From Escherichia coli (GTDB taxonomy: Bacteria > Pseudomonadota > Gammaproteobacteria > Enterobacterales > Enterobacteriaceae): a DNA stretch of 64,000 nt. The DNA lies in NCBI RefSeq assembly GCF_003019035.1, contig NZ_CP027447.1; one strand, given 5' to 3'. The notes under the pieces are model-generated. The model was not told the origin of the DNA. It was given only the letters and a program-made list of their open reading frames with translations, and made no database searches. A program made the translations under genes and the position numbers. Shown one piece after another: positions 25,355-34,430 of this stretch. The first letter of the stretch is position 1. Every line of letters begins with the position of its first letter.

Positions 25355-25377
25355 TAAGACAAAGGAGCAAATTTTTT

Positions 25378-26430
25378 ATGAATCTGGTGATGTCAGATAT
25401 TACCCGCAACAAGCTGGGTTGCTATATGGCGCAGCAGGCGTCGCTTAATAATATTCCGGTTTCCGCACTGGTATCGCGATTTACCGTGGAACCCTCGGTG
25501 CAGCAGCGTTTTGAAAACGCCTCAAAGGAAAGCACCGAATTTACAAAAAGAATTAACGTGATCGGCGTGACCGACCAGAAAGGCGAAAAAATCCTCCCGG
25601 ACACCACCGGGCCAATTGCACGCACGAATACCAGTTATGACGGCACAAAACGCCGTAACCCGAATAACGTGGTTGATCTGAAAAACCGCAAATACCAGTG
25701 CGAACAGGTGAACTACGACACGTTTATTTCATATCCGCAGCTTGATGCCTGGGCGGCACATCCTGATTTTCAGTCCCGCATCAGCGCACAGATTGCCCGA
25801 CAGGTGGCGCTTGACCGCATCATGATCGGTTTCAACGGCACGTCTCACGCGGATGAGTCCAACTTCAGCACCAACAAGCTGCTTCAGGACGTTAACGTGG
25901 GATGGCTGGAGCACATCAGAACCGACGCCAGCGAACGCGTTATGAATGACGTGACGCTGACCTCCCGCAACATGGACAACACCGTGGCGCACGCGGGTAA
26001 GTATGCGAACGCTGATGCACTGGTACAGGACGCGCGTTCATCCCTGCTGGATGAATGGCACAAGGAAGCTGACGACCTTGTGGTGATTATGGGGCGCAAC
26101 CTGTTTAACTCGCTGCGTCTGCCCGTGCTGAACAGCATCAGCGGCCAGAATCCCAATGCGGAATTACTTGCCGGGCAGCTCATCCTGTCATCGCGCACCA
26201 TTGGCGGGCTGGGCGTGTTCCTTGCGCCGTTCTTCCCGGATGCAACGATGCTGATCACCTCGTTCAACAACCTGTCGATTTACTGGCAGAAAGGTTCAAT
26301 GCGTCGCCTGATGAAAGACGAGCCGGAATACAACCGCATCGCCACCTACCAGTCCATCAATGACGCTAATGTCGTTGAAGACTATGGCAAGTGCGCGATG
26401 GTCACTGGCCTGAAGTTCGCCGACAGCTAA
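25378..26430 (+). CDS. N: Major capsid protein (P2 gpN)
   Basis: 350 aa. FTVEPSVQQ, MIGFNG and NLSIYWQ are similar to remembered P2 N. Confidence 0.92.
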   Translation: MNLVMSDITRNKLGCYMAQQASLNNIPVSALVSRFTVEPSVQQRFENASKESTEFTKRINVIGVTDQKGEKILPDTTGPIARTNTSYDGTKRRNPNNVVDLKNRKYQCEQVNYDTFISYPQLDAWAAHPDFQSRISAQIARQVALDRIMIGFNGTSHADESNFSTNKLLQDVNVGWLEHIRTDASERVMNDVTLTSRNMDNTVAHAGKYANADALVQDARSSLLDEWHKEADDLVVIMGRNLFNSLRLPVLNSISGQNPNAELLAGQLILSSRTIGGLGVFLAPFFPDATMLITSFNNLSIYWQKGSMRRLMKDEPEYNRIATYQSINDANVVEDYGKCAMVTGLKFADS

Positions 26431-26475
26431 TCAACTCACGGCGGGCATCATGCCCGCCAGTAACGGAGAGAACAA

Positions 26476-27276
26476 ATGATTACTCCTGCACAGCAACACT
26501 GGCAGAACGTGATGGCACAGCGCGCAGGCCGGGCGAATGAAGGCGTGGACCACGCCGCGCGTACCGCGCATGAAGAGGTGCTGTATCGTCTGCGTCTGGC
26601 ACAGGCCCGGCTTAAGGGCGTACAGGCCAGAAGCGCGAAAGCCGCCATCAAAAAAGAGTTGTTGCCGGATTTTTCCGGCTGGATTGAGGGAACGCTGGAG
26701 GCTGACGGCGGGCAGCAGGATGAAGTGATTGCCACGCTGATGGTGTGGGCGATTGACTGTGGCGATCTTCCGCTTGCGCTGCGTATCGGCGCGTATGTGG
26801 TCCGTCACAACCTCATCATGCCGGATAACTTTGGCCGTACTGCTGCCACGGTACTGACCGAAGAAATCTGTAATCCGGTACTGACGCAGGCCGGGACGGA
26901 TGCCGACGCGGATTTGTCCGCCTTTATCGAACCACTGGACACCCTCCGGGAGATTGTCACCGACCAGGACATGCCGGACGAAGTGCGCGCCAAATTATGC
27001 AAAGCGTGCGCCTTTGCCCGCCGTGGCCTGAGTGATGCGGACAGCATGGCCCTGTCACTGAAGCTGCTGCGCGAAGCAATGCACCTGAACCCGAACGCAG
27101 GTGTGAAACGCGAGATTGCAACCCTTTCCCGCGCCCTGAAAAAAGCCGATTCCGCAGCCGCACCAGAAGACGCCAGCGCACAGCAGGCGCAGGACGAAAG
27201 CAGCAAAAGTAAAAAGACAACGCGGAAGCCTGCAACACGAAAAACCACCGCGACGCAGAAGGCGAAGCGCGGTTAA
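26476..27276 (+). CDS. M: Terminase small/endonuclease subunit (P2 gpM)
   Basis: 266 aa. DMPDEVRAKL and GVKREI with a basic C-terminal tail, as in P2 M. Confidence 0.9.
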   Translation: MITPAQQHWQNVMAQRAGRANEGVDHAARTAHEEVLYRLRLAQARLKGVQARSAKAAIKKELLPDFSGWIEGTLEADGGQQDEVIATLMVWAIDCGDLPLALRIGAYVVRHNLIMPDNFGRTAATVLTEEICNPVLTQAGTDADADLSAFIEPLDTLREIVTDQDMPDEVRAKLCKACAFARRGLSDADSMALSLKLLREAMHLNPNAGVKREIATLSRALKKADSAAAPEDASAQQAQDESSKSKKTTRKPATRKTTATQKAKRG

Positions 27277-27368
27277 CGACTGACCCCGTCAGCGGGCGGC
27301 GTGCGCGGTGTTCCGGTTTGACTCCGTGACCGTTTACACCGCGCACCCACCGCCCGATTTTTTCAGGA

Positions 27369-27872
27369 GTGAACCCCATGAGTATGGTTGCCAGAACCAA
27401 CCCCGGACCCGCAGAGGACGACATCACCGATACCGATGATGGTGATACCCGTATTTCAGCGGGTGCATTCTGGCCGGATATTGTGCTGCGTGAACTGCGT
27501 CTGGCGGTACGACTGCCGGGGCGCGTGACCACCTCCCGCCTGCTGCATACCGCCACCGGAGCTGTGGCACACGTTACCCGCGAGCTGGAAGCATGGCAGC
27601 AGGAACAGCAGGCGGCTGGCCATCAGACGCTGGCCGATGTTCCGGCACCCGTAATTAACGGAGAAAGCGTCAATCTCTGGCACTGGCGCAATGCTGTTTA
27701 TACCGCCACACGCGCCCTGATTCTGGAGCGTTACCGCGATGCGGACACAACGGACAAGGGCGACCGCCGGGCGGACGCACTGGATATACAGACATCGGAT
27801 TTGTGGCGCGATGTGAGCTGGGCCATCTCTGACATTCTGTGCCGCCCGCGAATCTTTGCGGAGTTGTGCTGA
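27369..27872 (+). CDS. L: Head completion/stabilisation protein (P2 gpL)
   Basis: 167 aa. FWPDI..RELR and ERYRDADTT motifs. Correct position in gene order. Confidence 0.85.
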   Translation: MNPMSMVARTNPGPAEDDITDTDDGDTRISAGAFWPDIVLRELRLAVRLPGRVTTSRLLHTATGAVAHVTRELEAWQQEQQAAGHQTLADVPAPVINGESVNLWHWRNAVYTATRALILERYRDADTTDKGDRRADALDIQTSDLWRDVSWAISDILCRPRIFAELC

Positions 27873-28072
27873 TGAAAGTGAAGGCACTGGAAGGCGACAC
27901 CGTGGATTCGCTCTGTTTCCGGTACTACGGCACGACGCAGGGCGTCACCGAAAAGGTGCTGGATGCCAACCCCGGACTCTGTCAGCAGGTATTTCTGGAC
28001 GCCGGGCAGGAAGTGGAGATGCCGGAGCCGGAGAAGAAGAAACGAGAAATGATTCAGTTGTGGGGGGAGTAG
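27872..28072 (+). CDS. X: Tail protein X (P2 gpX, LysM-like)
   Basis: MKVKALEGDTVDSLCFRYYGTTQGVTEKVLDANPGL parallels P2 X. ATGA-type coupling to L. Confidence 0.88.
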   Translation: MKVKALEGDTVDSLCFRYYGTTQGVTEKVLDANPGLCQQVFLDAGQEVEMPEPEKKKREMIQLWGE

Positions 28073-28074
28073 CA

Positions 28075-28398
28075 GTGAGCACCATTCAAACAGGGATCAC
28101 AGAGCAGGTTATTGCGTGGCTCTTTGACCACCTGCCAACGGTGTATGCAGTAGGCGCGGCGGTCAGCATTTCCGCGCTGATGAGTCTTTATGACGGACGA
28201 ACACTGGTTCAGACCGTAACGGGATCGCTGGCGTGCGGCGTTCTTGCCATGGCCGTGGCCGGGTCGTTGCGCTTCTTCGGTTTTCCTGAAGATGCCGTGA
28301 CGTTTATTGGCGCATCAATCGGTTTTATGGGCGCAGAGAAAGCACGCGACAAGGTTATTGCAGCCTTTAATCGCAGGGTGAAGGAGAAGGACGAATGA
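28075..28398 (+). CDS. Putative holin
   Basis: 107 aa from a GTG after GGGGGGAG. It has 2-3 TM segments and a charged C-terminus, and precedes the endolysin. Confidence 0.6.
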   Translation: MSTIQTGITEQVIAWLFDHLPTVYAVGAAVSISALMSLYDGRTLVQTVTGSLACGVLAMAVAGSLRFFGFPEDAVTFIGASIGFMGAEKARDKVIAAFNRRVKEKDE

Positions 28399-28787
28399 GC
28401 AACACATTTAAATTCAGCAGCCGGAGCGAAAAGAATTTGCAGGGCGTAAATCCTGATCTGGTGAAAGTGACCCGACGGGCACTGGAAATTTCGGAAGTGG
28501 ATTTTGGTATCACCGAAGGGTTGCGCAGCCGTTACCGCCAGAAGCAACTTGTGGCCACAGGTAAGAGCCAGACCATGAACAGCCGCCACCTTACGGGGCA
28601 TGCCGTGGATGTTGTGGCTTATATCGGCAGCCAGGTGTCATGGGAATGGCCGCTGTACGAAAAAATCGCAGCAGCATTCAGACAGGCCAGCCGGGAGCTG
28701 AATATTCCGGTGGAATGGGGCGGCGACTGGAAGACCCTGAAAGACGGACCGCATTTTCAGTTGCCACACGGAGCCTATCCGGCATGA
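28395..28787 (+). CDS. Endolysin, M15-family peptidoglycan peptidase
   Basis: 130 aa. The SRHLTGHAVDV Zn-ligand pattern is typical of L-alanyl-D-glutamate / D-Ala-D-Ala peptidase lysins. Confidence 0.8.
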   Translation: MSNTFKFSSRSEKNLQGVNPDLVKVTRRALEISEVDFGITEGLRSRYRQKQLVATGKSQTMNSRHLTGHAVDVVAYIGSQVSWEWPLYEKIAAAFRQASRELNIPVEWGGDWKTLKDGPHFQLPHGAYPA

Positions 28788-29311
28788 AGCTCTGGCCCAC
28801 GCTTGGCGTCGCTTTCCTTCTGATTGCCGGATGGGGAACATCCATGCGTCTGTCGTGGTCACTGGGCCGGGAGAACGCCAGAAACGAAGCGCAGGCCAGC
28901 GCCCTGAAAAGCACCGTCGACACCCTGAATATCATCAGCGCCGGGGTACAGGATATGCAGCAGGTGCTGGCGCAACTCCGCGTGGAAAATCAACAGAGAA
29001 ATCAGGACGGAGAGGCCAGACGTGAACAGCTACGCAACGATATTGCAAAAGATGAATGCGCCCACGCTTTGCCTGACGCTCGTTTTACTGACAGGTTGCG
29101 CAGGCACGCAGAACGCGCCACTGCCAGCGCCGTCAGTCCGGCTTATACCGCAGACGCTGACCATACCGGTAACGCCTCCCCCCCTTCCCTGACACTCCCA
29201 CATGGGGAAATCTCGGTATATGGGGCGACCGCCTTCTGGATGCACTGGAAACCTGTAACGCTGATAAACGGGCCATTGAATTACTGGAACAGCGCAGGCT
29301 GCAACGACTGA
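28784..29311 (+). CDS. i-spanin (LysB/Rz-like), probably artificially extended by the C7 frameshift
   Basis: N-terminal TM (LWPTLGVAFLLIAGWG) plus a coiled-coil region. With one C fewer at 29178-29184 it would stop at 29190 (about 135 aa, near the size of P2 LysB). Confidence 0.6.
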   Translation: MKLWPTLGVAFLLIAGWGTSMRLSWSLGRENARNEAQASALKSTVDTLNIISAGVQDMQQVLAQLRVENQQRNQDGEARREQLRNDIAKDECAHALPDARFTDRLRRHAERATASAVSPAYTADADHTGNASPPSLTLPHGEISVYGATAFWMHWKPVTLINGPLNYWNSAGCND

Positions 29312-29343
29312 ACAACGAGGATAACAACCATGCTGAAAACTGA
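29052..29343 (+). pseudogene. o-spanin (LysC/Rz1-like lipoprotein) interrupted by a +1 frameshift in a C7 tract
   Basis: MNAPTLCLTLVLLTGC has a lipobox and the ORF stops after 46 codons (TGA at 29190). The remainder, TPTWGNLGIWGDRLLDALETCNADKRAIELLEQ..., continues in the next frame to TGA at 29341. A C6 tract would give a 97-codon ORF. Confidence 0.65.
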
Positions 29344-29797
29344 TTCCCTGCGTGAAGCCATGACCCGTTCATGCCGATGGTGTCAGGCCAACCCGGAAAA
29401 ATTCACCATTTTCGTGGAGAGCGGCAACATTGAAACGACCGGAGAAACCCCATCGTTTGTTTACCACTATCAGATGGTGATGTTTGTCATGGATTACGCC
29501 GGAGAGCTGGACGACCTCACGCTGCCGCTGCTGGCGTGGTTATCCGAAAATCAGCCACAGTTGTTGCTCAATCCGGAGCGTAATCAGGACATCAAATTTT
29601 CTGCCGTTATCAATGACGATGACAGCGCCGATCTCCTGTTTACGCTCCCCCTGCGGGAACGCGTTCGCATCACGCGCAGCAGTCAGGGTACACCGCAGGC
29701 AGAACACCTGCCGGAGCCAAAACCCCGCCTGCCCTCTTCCGAAGGCGACTGGTCGCATGTATTCCAGGATGTGACGTGGAGTGAAAGCGATGGATAA
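29330..29797 (+). CDS. R: Tail completion protein (P2 gpR)
   Basis: MLKTDSLREAMT...LAWLSENQP parallels P2 R. Confidence 0.88.
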   Translation: MLKTDSLREAMTRSCRWCQANPEKFTIFVESGNIETTGETPSFVYHYQMVMFVMDYAGELDDLTLPLLAWLSENQPQLLLNPERNQDIKFSAVINDDDSADLLFTLPLRERVRITRSSQGTPQAEHLPEPKPRLPSSEGDWSHVFQDVTWSESDG

Positions 29798-30425
29798 GGC
29801 ATTCATCCGCGTGGATAAAACCTTTGAGGCCATCCGCGACAGCCTGAATCAGCAGGCCATCAATAACATCGCCAGAAAGCTGGCACAGGATTTACGCCGC
29901 GCCCAGCAGGCGCGCATCCGGTCACAGAAAGCGCCAGACGGGACCGCATGGACACCACGCAGACGCCGCGCAACCCGGATACAGGAACGCATTCGCTTTA
30001 TCTGGAATAACGAAGCACGCACGCTGAAAAACTGGCATCACGACACGGGGAAATACGGGCGAACCATTACCGGGTGGGATGAGGATAAAAACAATATCCG
30101 CACGTTTTATCGGGATGACATCGACCGTTTTCTGGAAATACGCACCCGGCGCATCAACCAGGACAGCACAAAGCGCGTCCCCATGTTCGTAAAACTGCGC
30201 ACCGCCCGCTACCTGAAAGCCCGTGCAGATGCTTCCGGTGTGACGGTGGGTTACAGCGGCGTAGCCGCACGTATTGCCCGCGTTCATCAGTACGGTGAGC
30301 GCGATCAGGTTGCGCCGGGCATTTTCACCGATTACCCGGTACGTGAGCTGCTGGGTATCAGCCAGGCAGATGAGCGCCTGATTTATAACACGGTGCTGGG
30401 CCGGATTGCGGAGGCTGTACGGTGA
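29781..30425 (+). CDS. S: Tail completion / virion morphogenesis protein (P2 gpS-like, enlarged)
   Basis: The ends resemble P2 S (QKAPDGTAW..., IARVHQYG, DYPVRELLG). It is about 60 aa longer in the middle than the ~150 aa I recall for P2 S. Confidence 0.8.
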   Translation: MKAMDKAFIRVDKTFEAIRDSLNQQAINNIARKLAQDLRRAQQARIRSQKAPDGTAWTPRRRRATRIQERIRFIWNNEARTLKNWHHDTGKYGRTITGWDEDKNNIRTFYRDDIDRFLEIRTRRINQDSTKRVPMFVKLRTARYLKARADASGVTVGYSGVAARIARVHQYGERDQVAPGIFTDYPVRELLGISQADERLIYNTVLGRIAEAVR

Positions 30426-31003
30426 GCGCAGAACTCATGCGACTGCTGAGCAATATCATCCGCACCGGGATCATCTCTGAAGTTGATGAGAAGTCCTGGC
30501 GCGTGCGCGTTCGCAGCGGCGAACTGGAAACAGGCTGGTTGCGCTGGAACACCACGCGCGCGGGAGCCTTCAATGTGTGGCTGCCGCCATCAGTGGGCGA
30601 ACAGGTGGTAATTGCCTGCATTGGCGGCAACCCGGAAACCGCCATGATAATTGGCAGCCTGTGGAGTGATGCCAATCCGGCCCCCGGCAAAAGCCTGAAA
30701 GAAATCGTGGTCAGCGCGCCGGATGGCGCGGTGTTCCGCTACGACGCGGACGCAGGCGCACTGAGCGCCAGCGGCATGAAAACGGCCACCCTGCAGGCAT
30801 CCGTCAGTGTGACACTGGACACACCTGTCGTGGAATGCACAGACCTTCTGAGAACAGCGACGCTTGACGTCACAAAAGGAGGAAAGATGAGCGGCAATAT
30901 CACGCACAGCGGCGGCAACTTCACCTCAAACGGCATTACCGTGCATACGCATAAACACGGTGGCGTGAAAGGCGGCAGCGATTCGACAGGAGGCCCGCAG
31001 TGA
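30422..31003 (+). CDS. V: Baseplate spike/hub (P2 gpV)
   Basis: 193 aa in the expected gene order, with C-terminal HTHKHGGV. Confidence 0.85.
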   Translation: MSAELMRLLSNIIRTGIISEVDEKSWRVRVRSGELETGWLRWNTTRAGAFNVWLPPSVGEQVVIACIGGNPETAMIIGSLWSDANPAPGKSLKEIVVSAPDGAVFRYDADAGALSASGMKTATLQASVSVTLDTPVVECTDLLRTATLDVTKGGKMSGNITHSGGNFTSNGITVHTHKHGGVKGGSDSTGGPQ

Positions 31004-31350
31004 CAACCCGCTACACAGGAATGAATCCGGACGGGACGGGAAACCTGAACGATATGGAGCACCTGAAACAGTCAGTCAGGGATATCCTGACCACCCCGCT
31101 GGCAAGCCGGGTTATGCGACGGGAATATGGCAGCCTTGTGCCTGATTTGATTGACGAACCCATGAATAACACCACGCGTCTGCAATGCATGAGTGCTGCC
31201 GTGATTGCGCTGACACGATGGGAACCCCGCATTGCCCTGGATGCCATCGACGTTGTCTGGAAAGCGGGAGGCCGCGCCGGGGTGACGCTGTCGGGCACTG
31301 TCATGCAGACCATGCAGAATGTTGAGTTAACCATCACGCTGAGGGAGTAA
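31000..31350 (+). CDS. W: Baseplate wedge protein (P2 gpW, GPW/gp25 family)
   Basis: 116 aa. SVRDILTTPLASRVMRREYGS is typical of gp25-like proteins. Confidence 0.88.
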   Translation: MTTRYTGMNPDGTGNLNDMEHLKQSVRDILTTPLASRVMRREYGSLVPDLIDEPMNNTTRLQCMSAAVIALTRWEPRIALDAIDVVWKAGGRAGVTLSGTVMQTMQNVELTITLRE

Positions 31351-31353
31351 ATC

Positions 31354-32250
31354 ATGCCCGCCGTTGACCTTTCCCAGTTACCGGAACCCGCCATCATCGC
31401 GGAGCCTGACTTTGAGGCAATTCTGGCTGACACAAAGGCCATGATGATTGCGGCTTATCCCGCCGAACAGCGTGAAGCCGTCTCCGCCGCGCTGGAGCTG
31501 GAATCGGAACCCCTGAACGTTATCGCCCAGACAACAGCGTTTCGTGAAATGCTGTTACGCCAGCGGGTCAATGAGGGGGCACGCGCCTGCATGTTAAGCC
31601 ACAGCGCCGGGACAGACCTGGACAACCTCGCGGGCAATATGAACACAAAGCGCCTGACCATCACTCCGGCAACGGATACCACCGACGCAGTGATGGAAAG
31701 TGACACCTCGCTGAGACTGCGGGCGCAGCGGGCGTACGATGGCCTGAGTGTTGCTGGCCCGTCAGGTGCATACGAGTATTTTGCCCGCAGCGCCAGCGGT
31801 CTGGTGCGTGATGCGCGGGCTATCAGTCCGTCTCCGGCAAATGTGACGGTTTCCATCCTGTCCACTGAAGGCGACGGCACAGCAACGGAGGCGTTGCTTA
31901 ATACCGTTCGCGCCGTTCTGAATGCAGAGGATACCCGCCCGGTGGCCGACCGCCTTACTGTACAGAGCGCCAGCATCGTGACATGGCGGCTGAATGCAAA
32001 ACTGTACTTTTACCCCGGCCCGGAATCCGAACCTATTCTGGCCGCGGCTGAATCGTCGTTCAGGAAGTGGCTGGCTGAGCAGGGGCTTATCGGTCAGGAC
32101 GTGGCGTTGTCCGCCATTGCTGCCGCACTGCATGTGCACGGTGTGCAACGCGTGGAGATAATCGAACCCACACAGAATATGGCCATCAGCGACATACAGG
32201 CGGCGCGCTGTGAGTCATTCACCATCAGCGAAGGTGGGCGCAATGAGTAA
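31354..32250 (+). CDS. J: Baseplate wedge protein (P2 gpJ)
   Basis: 298 aa in the expected gene order. Confidence 0.88.
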   Translation: MPAVDLSQLPEPAIIAEPDFEAILADTKAMMIAAYPAEQREAVSAALELESEPLNVIAQTTAFREMLLRQRVNEGARACMLSHSAGTDLDNLAGNMNTKRLTITPATDTTDAVMESDTSLRLRAQRAYDGLSVAGPSGAYEYFARSASGLVRDARAISPSPANVTVSILSTEGDGTATEALLNTVRAVLNAEDTRPVADRLTVQSASIVTWRLNAKLYFYPGPESEPILAAAESSFRKWLAEQGLIGQDVALSAIAAALHVHGVQRVEIIEPTQNMAISDIQAARCESFTISEGGRNE

Positions 32251-32851
32251 TTCGTTGTTACCACCATCAGCCAGCAATTTCATGCGTTGTGCCGAAGCCG
32301 TCGGAACACGCATTACAGACATTCCGGTAGACCTCAACACGCTGTGGTCGCCGGACACCTGCCCGGTGCATCTGCTGCCTTATCTCGCCTGGGCGTTTTC
32401 CGTTGACCGCTGGGATCGCAACTGGCCGGAAGAGACAAAGCGACAGGTGATTCGTGATGCATGGCTGATACACCGACACAAAGGGACCATCAGCGCACTG
32501 CGAAGAGCCGTGGAGCCTCTCGGCTACCTGATTGAAGTAAAGGAGTGGTGGCAACTCAACGAGGAGCCGGGAACATTTCGCATTGTTGTCGGAGTACTTG
32601 ATCAGGGCATCACCGATGAAATGTATCAGGAACTTGAGCGCCTTATTGCGGATGCAAAACCAGTAAGTCGCCATCTGACAGGGCTGGCGATCAGCCTGAG
32701 TGTGAACGGAAAGATTTTCGTTGGTACGGGATGCTATCACGGCGATGCCCTGACGGTTTATCCCTACACCCCGGAGTCCATTATTGTCGAAGGGGATTAT
32801 TTCCCTGCCCCGGCCATTCATTTAATTGATAATCTGAGAGTAAACGCATGA
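32243..32851 (+). CDS. I: Baseplate/tail-fiber attachment protein (P2 gpI)
   Basis: From MSNSLLPPSAS. WSPDTCPVHLLPYLAWAFSVDRWD and ADAKPVSRHL parallel P2 I. Confidence 0.88.
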   Translation: MSNSLLPPSASNFMRCAEAVGTRITDIPVDLNTLWSPDTCPVHLLPYLAWAFSVDRWDRNWPEETKRQVIRDAWLIHRHKGTISALRRAVEPLGYLIEVKEWWQLNEEPGTFRIVVGVLDQGITDEMYQELERLIADAKPVSRHLTGLAISLSVNGKIFVGTGCYHGDALTVYPYTPESIIVEGDYFPAPAIHLIDNLRVNA

Positions 32852-34353
32852 CAGTGAAATACTACGCCATTCTGACTAATCAGGGCGCGGCACGACTGGC
32901 TAACGCGACGATGCTCGGCAGTAAGCTGAATCTGACGCAAATGGCCGTTGGTGATGCAAATGGTGTGTTACCAACACCAGACCCTGCACAAACAAAACTG
33001 ATTAACCAGAAACGCATTGCACCGCTGAATCTTCTGAGTGTTGACCCTAACAATCAGAGCCAGATTATTGCGGAACAAATCATCCCTGAAAACGAGGGAG
33101 GATTCTGGATCCGTGAGATTGGTCTTTATGATGATGAAGGCGTACTTATTGCGGTGGCAAACTGCCCGGAAACGTACAAACCGCAGTTGCAGGAAGGCAG
33201 TGGACGCACCCAGACTATCCGCATGATTCTGGTTGTCACGAACACCGAAGCCATCACGCTGAAAATCGACCCGTCAGTGGTTCTGGCAACCCGCAAATAT
33301 GTGGATGATAAAATCTCAGAGCACGAACAGTCACGACGTCACCCGGACGCCTCGCTGACCGTAAAAGGTTTTACTCAGTTAAGCAGTGCAATTAACAGTG
33401 AATCAGAAACACTGGCCGCAACACCGAAAGCGGTTAAGGCTGCATATGACCTGGCTAACAGGAAATATACCGCCCAGAACGCCACCACTACACAAAAAGG
33501 GATTGTTCAGCTCAGTAGCGCCACGAACAGCACGTCTGAAACGCTGGCAGCGACACCAAAAGCTGTTAAGGCGGTAATGGATGAAACGAACAAGAAAGCA
33601 CCATTAAACAGCCCGGCACTGACCGGAACGCCAACAACACCAACAGCGCCACAGGGGACTAATAATACCCAGATCGCAAGCACGGCTTTCGTTATGGCTG
33701 CGATTGCCGCACTTGTAGATTCGTCCCCTGATGCACTGAACACGCTGAACGAACTGGCTGCGGCGCTGGGCAATGACCCGAACTTTGCGACTACCATGAC
33801 TAACGCGCTTGCGGGTAAGCAATCGAAGGATGCCACCCTGACGGCGCTGGCGGAGCTTGCTACATCAGCAGATAAACTCCCATATTTTACAGGGGCAGAT
33901 CGTGCCGCGTTAACCGCGTTGACAAGTGTTGGACGTGCCATTCTTGGTAAAACCAGCACTCAGGGAGTTCTTGATTACCTTGGTTTGGGGGAAGGCTCTG
34001 CGCTGCCCGTTGGTGTACCTGTTCCATGGCCCTCAGCCACACCGCCAACGGGGTGGCTAAAATGTAACGGAGCAGCATTTTCTTCTGAAAAATACCCCAA
34101 ACTGGCAAAGGCTTACCCAACGTTAAAATTACCGGATTTACGGGGTGAGTTTATCCGTGGCTGGGATGATGGGCGCGGGATTGATGCGGGACGTACCCTG
34201 CTTTCTGGGCAGGATGGTACAAGTTTTTCTCATTACGGAGGTAATTTCGACATTGGGTCTGGTCATTCAATCAATAACTATGACCAAATTGTTTCTAACC
34301 AACCAGGCTTTTCCCGTTTTTCATTTGCGGGCCTTCACGAGGTGATGGGTTAA
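32848..34353 (+). CDS. H: Tail fiber protein (P2 gpH-like): constant part fused to variable cassette Sv1, C-terminally truncated by frameshifts
   Basis: 501 aa with ETLAATPKAVKA repeats. The crossover site lies at codons around Y-L-G-L-G. The conserved cassette ending RPRNIAFNYIVRAA is present but out of frame at 34361-34411. Confidence 0.88.
   Translation: MTVKYYAILTNQGAARLANATMLGSKLNLTQMAVGDANGVLPTPDPAQTKLINQKRIAPLNLLSVDPNNQSQIIAEQIIPENEGGFWIREIGLYDDEGVLIAVANCPETYKPQLQEGSGRTQTIRMILVVTNTEAITLKIDPSVVLATRKYVDDKISEHEQSRRHPDASLTVKGFTQLSSAINSESETLAATPKAVKAAYDLANRKYTAQNATTTQKGIVQLSSATNSTSETLAATPKAVKAVMDETNKKAPLNSPALTGTPTTPTAPQGTNNTQIASTAFVMAAIAALVDSSPDALNTLNELAAALGNDPNFATTMTNALAGKQSKDATLTALAELATSADKLPYFTGADRAALTALTSVGRAILGKTSTQGVLDYLGLGEGSALPVGVPVPWPSATPPTGWLKCNGAAFSSEKYPKLAKAYPTLKLPDLRGEFIRGWDDGRGIDAGRTLLSGQDGTSFSHYGGNFDIGSGHSINNYDQIVSNQPGFSRFSFAGLHEVMG
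33968..33993 (+). repeat. Invertase crossover site 1 (inside H)
   Basis: cttgattaccTTggtttgggggaa. Shares the half-site GGTTTGGGGG with the five other sites. Central dinucleotide at 33980-33981. Confidence 0.7.
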
Positions 34354-34404
34354 TTATGTAACCATTCGTCCTCGTAATATTGCGTTTAATTACATCGTAA
34401 GGGC

Positions 34405-34430
34405 AGCATAAAAACGTTGGTTTGGGGAAG
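34405..34430 (+). repeat. Invertase crossover site 2 (same orientation as site 1; G-run shortened)
   Basis: agcataaaaacgTTggtttggggaag. It has G4 where the other five sites have G5/C5. Confidence 0.65.
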
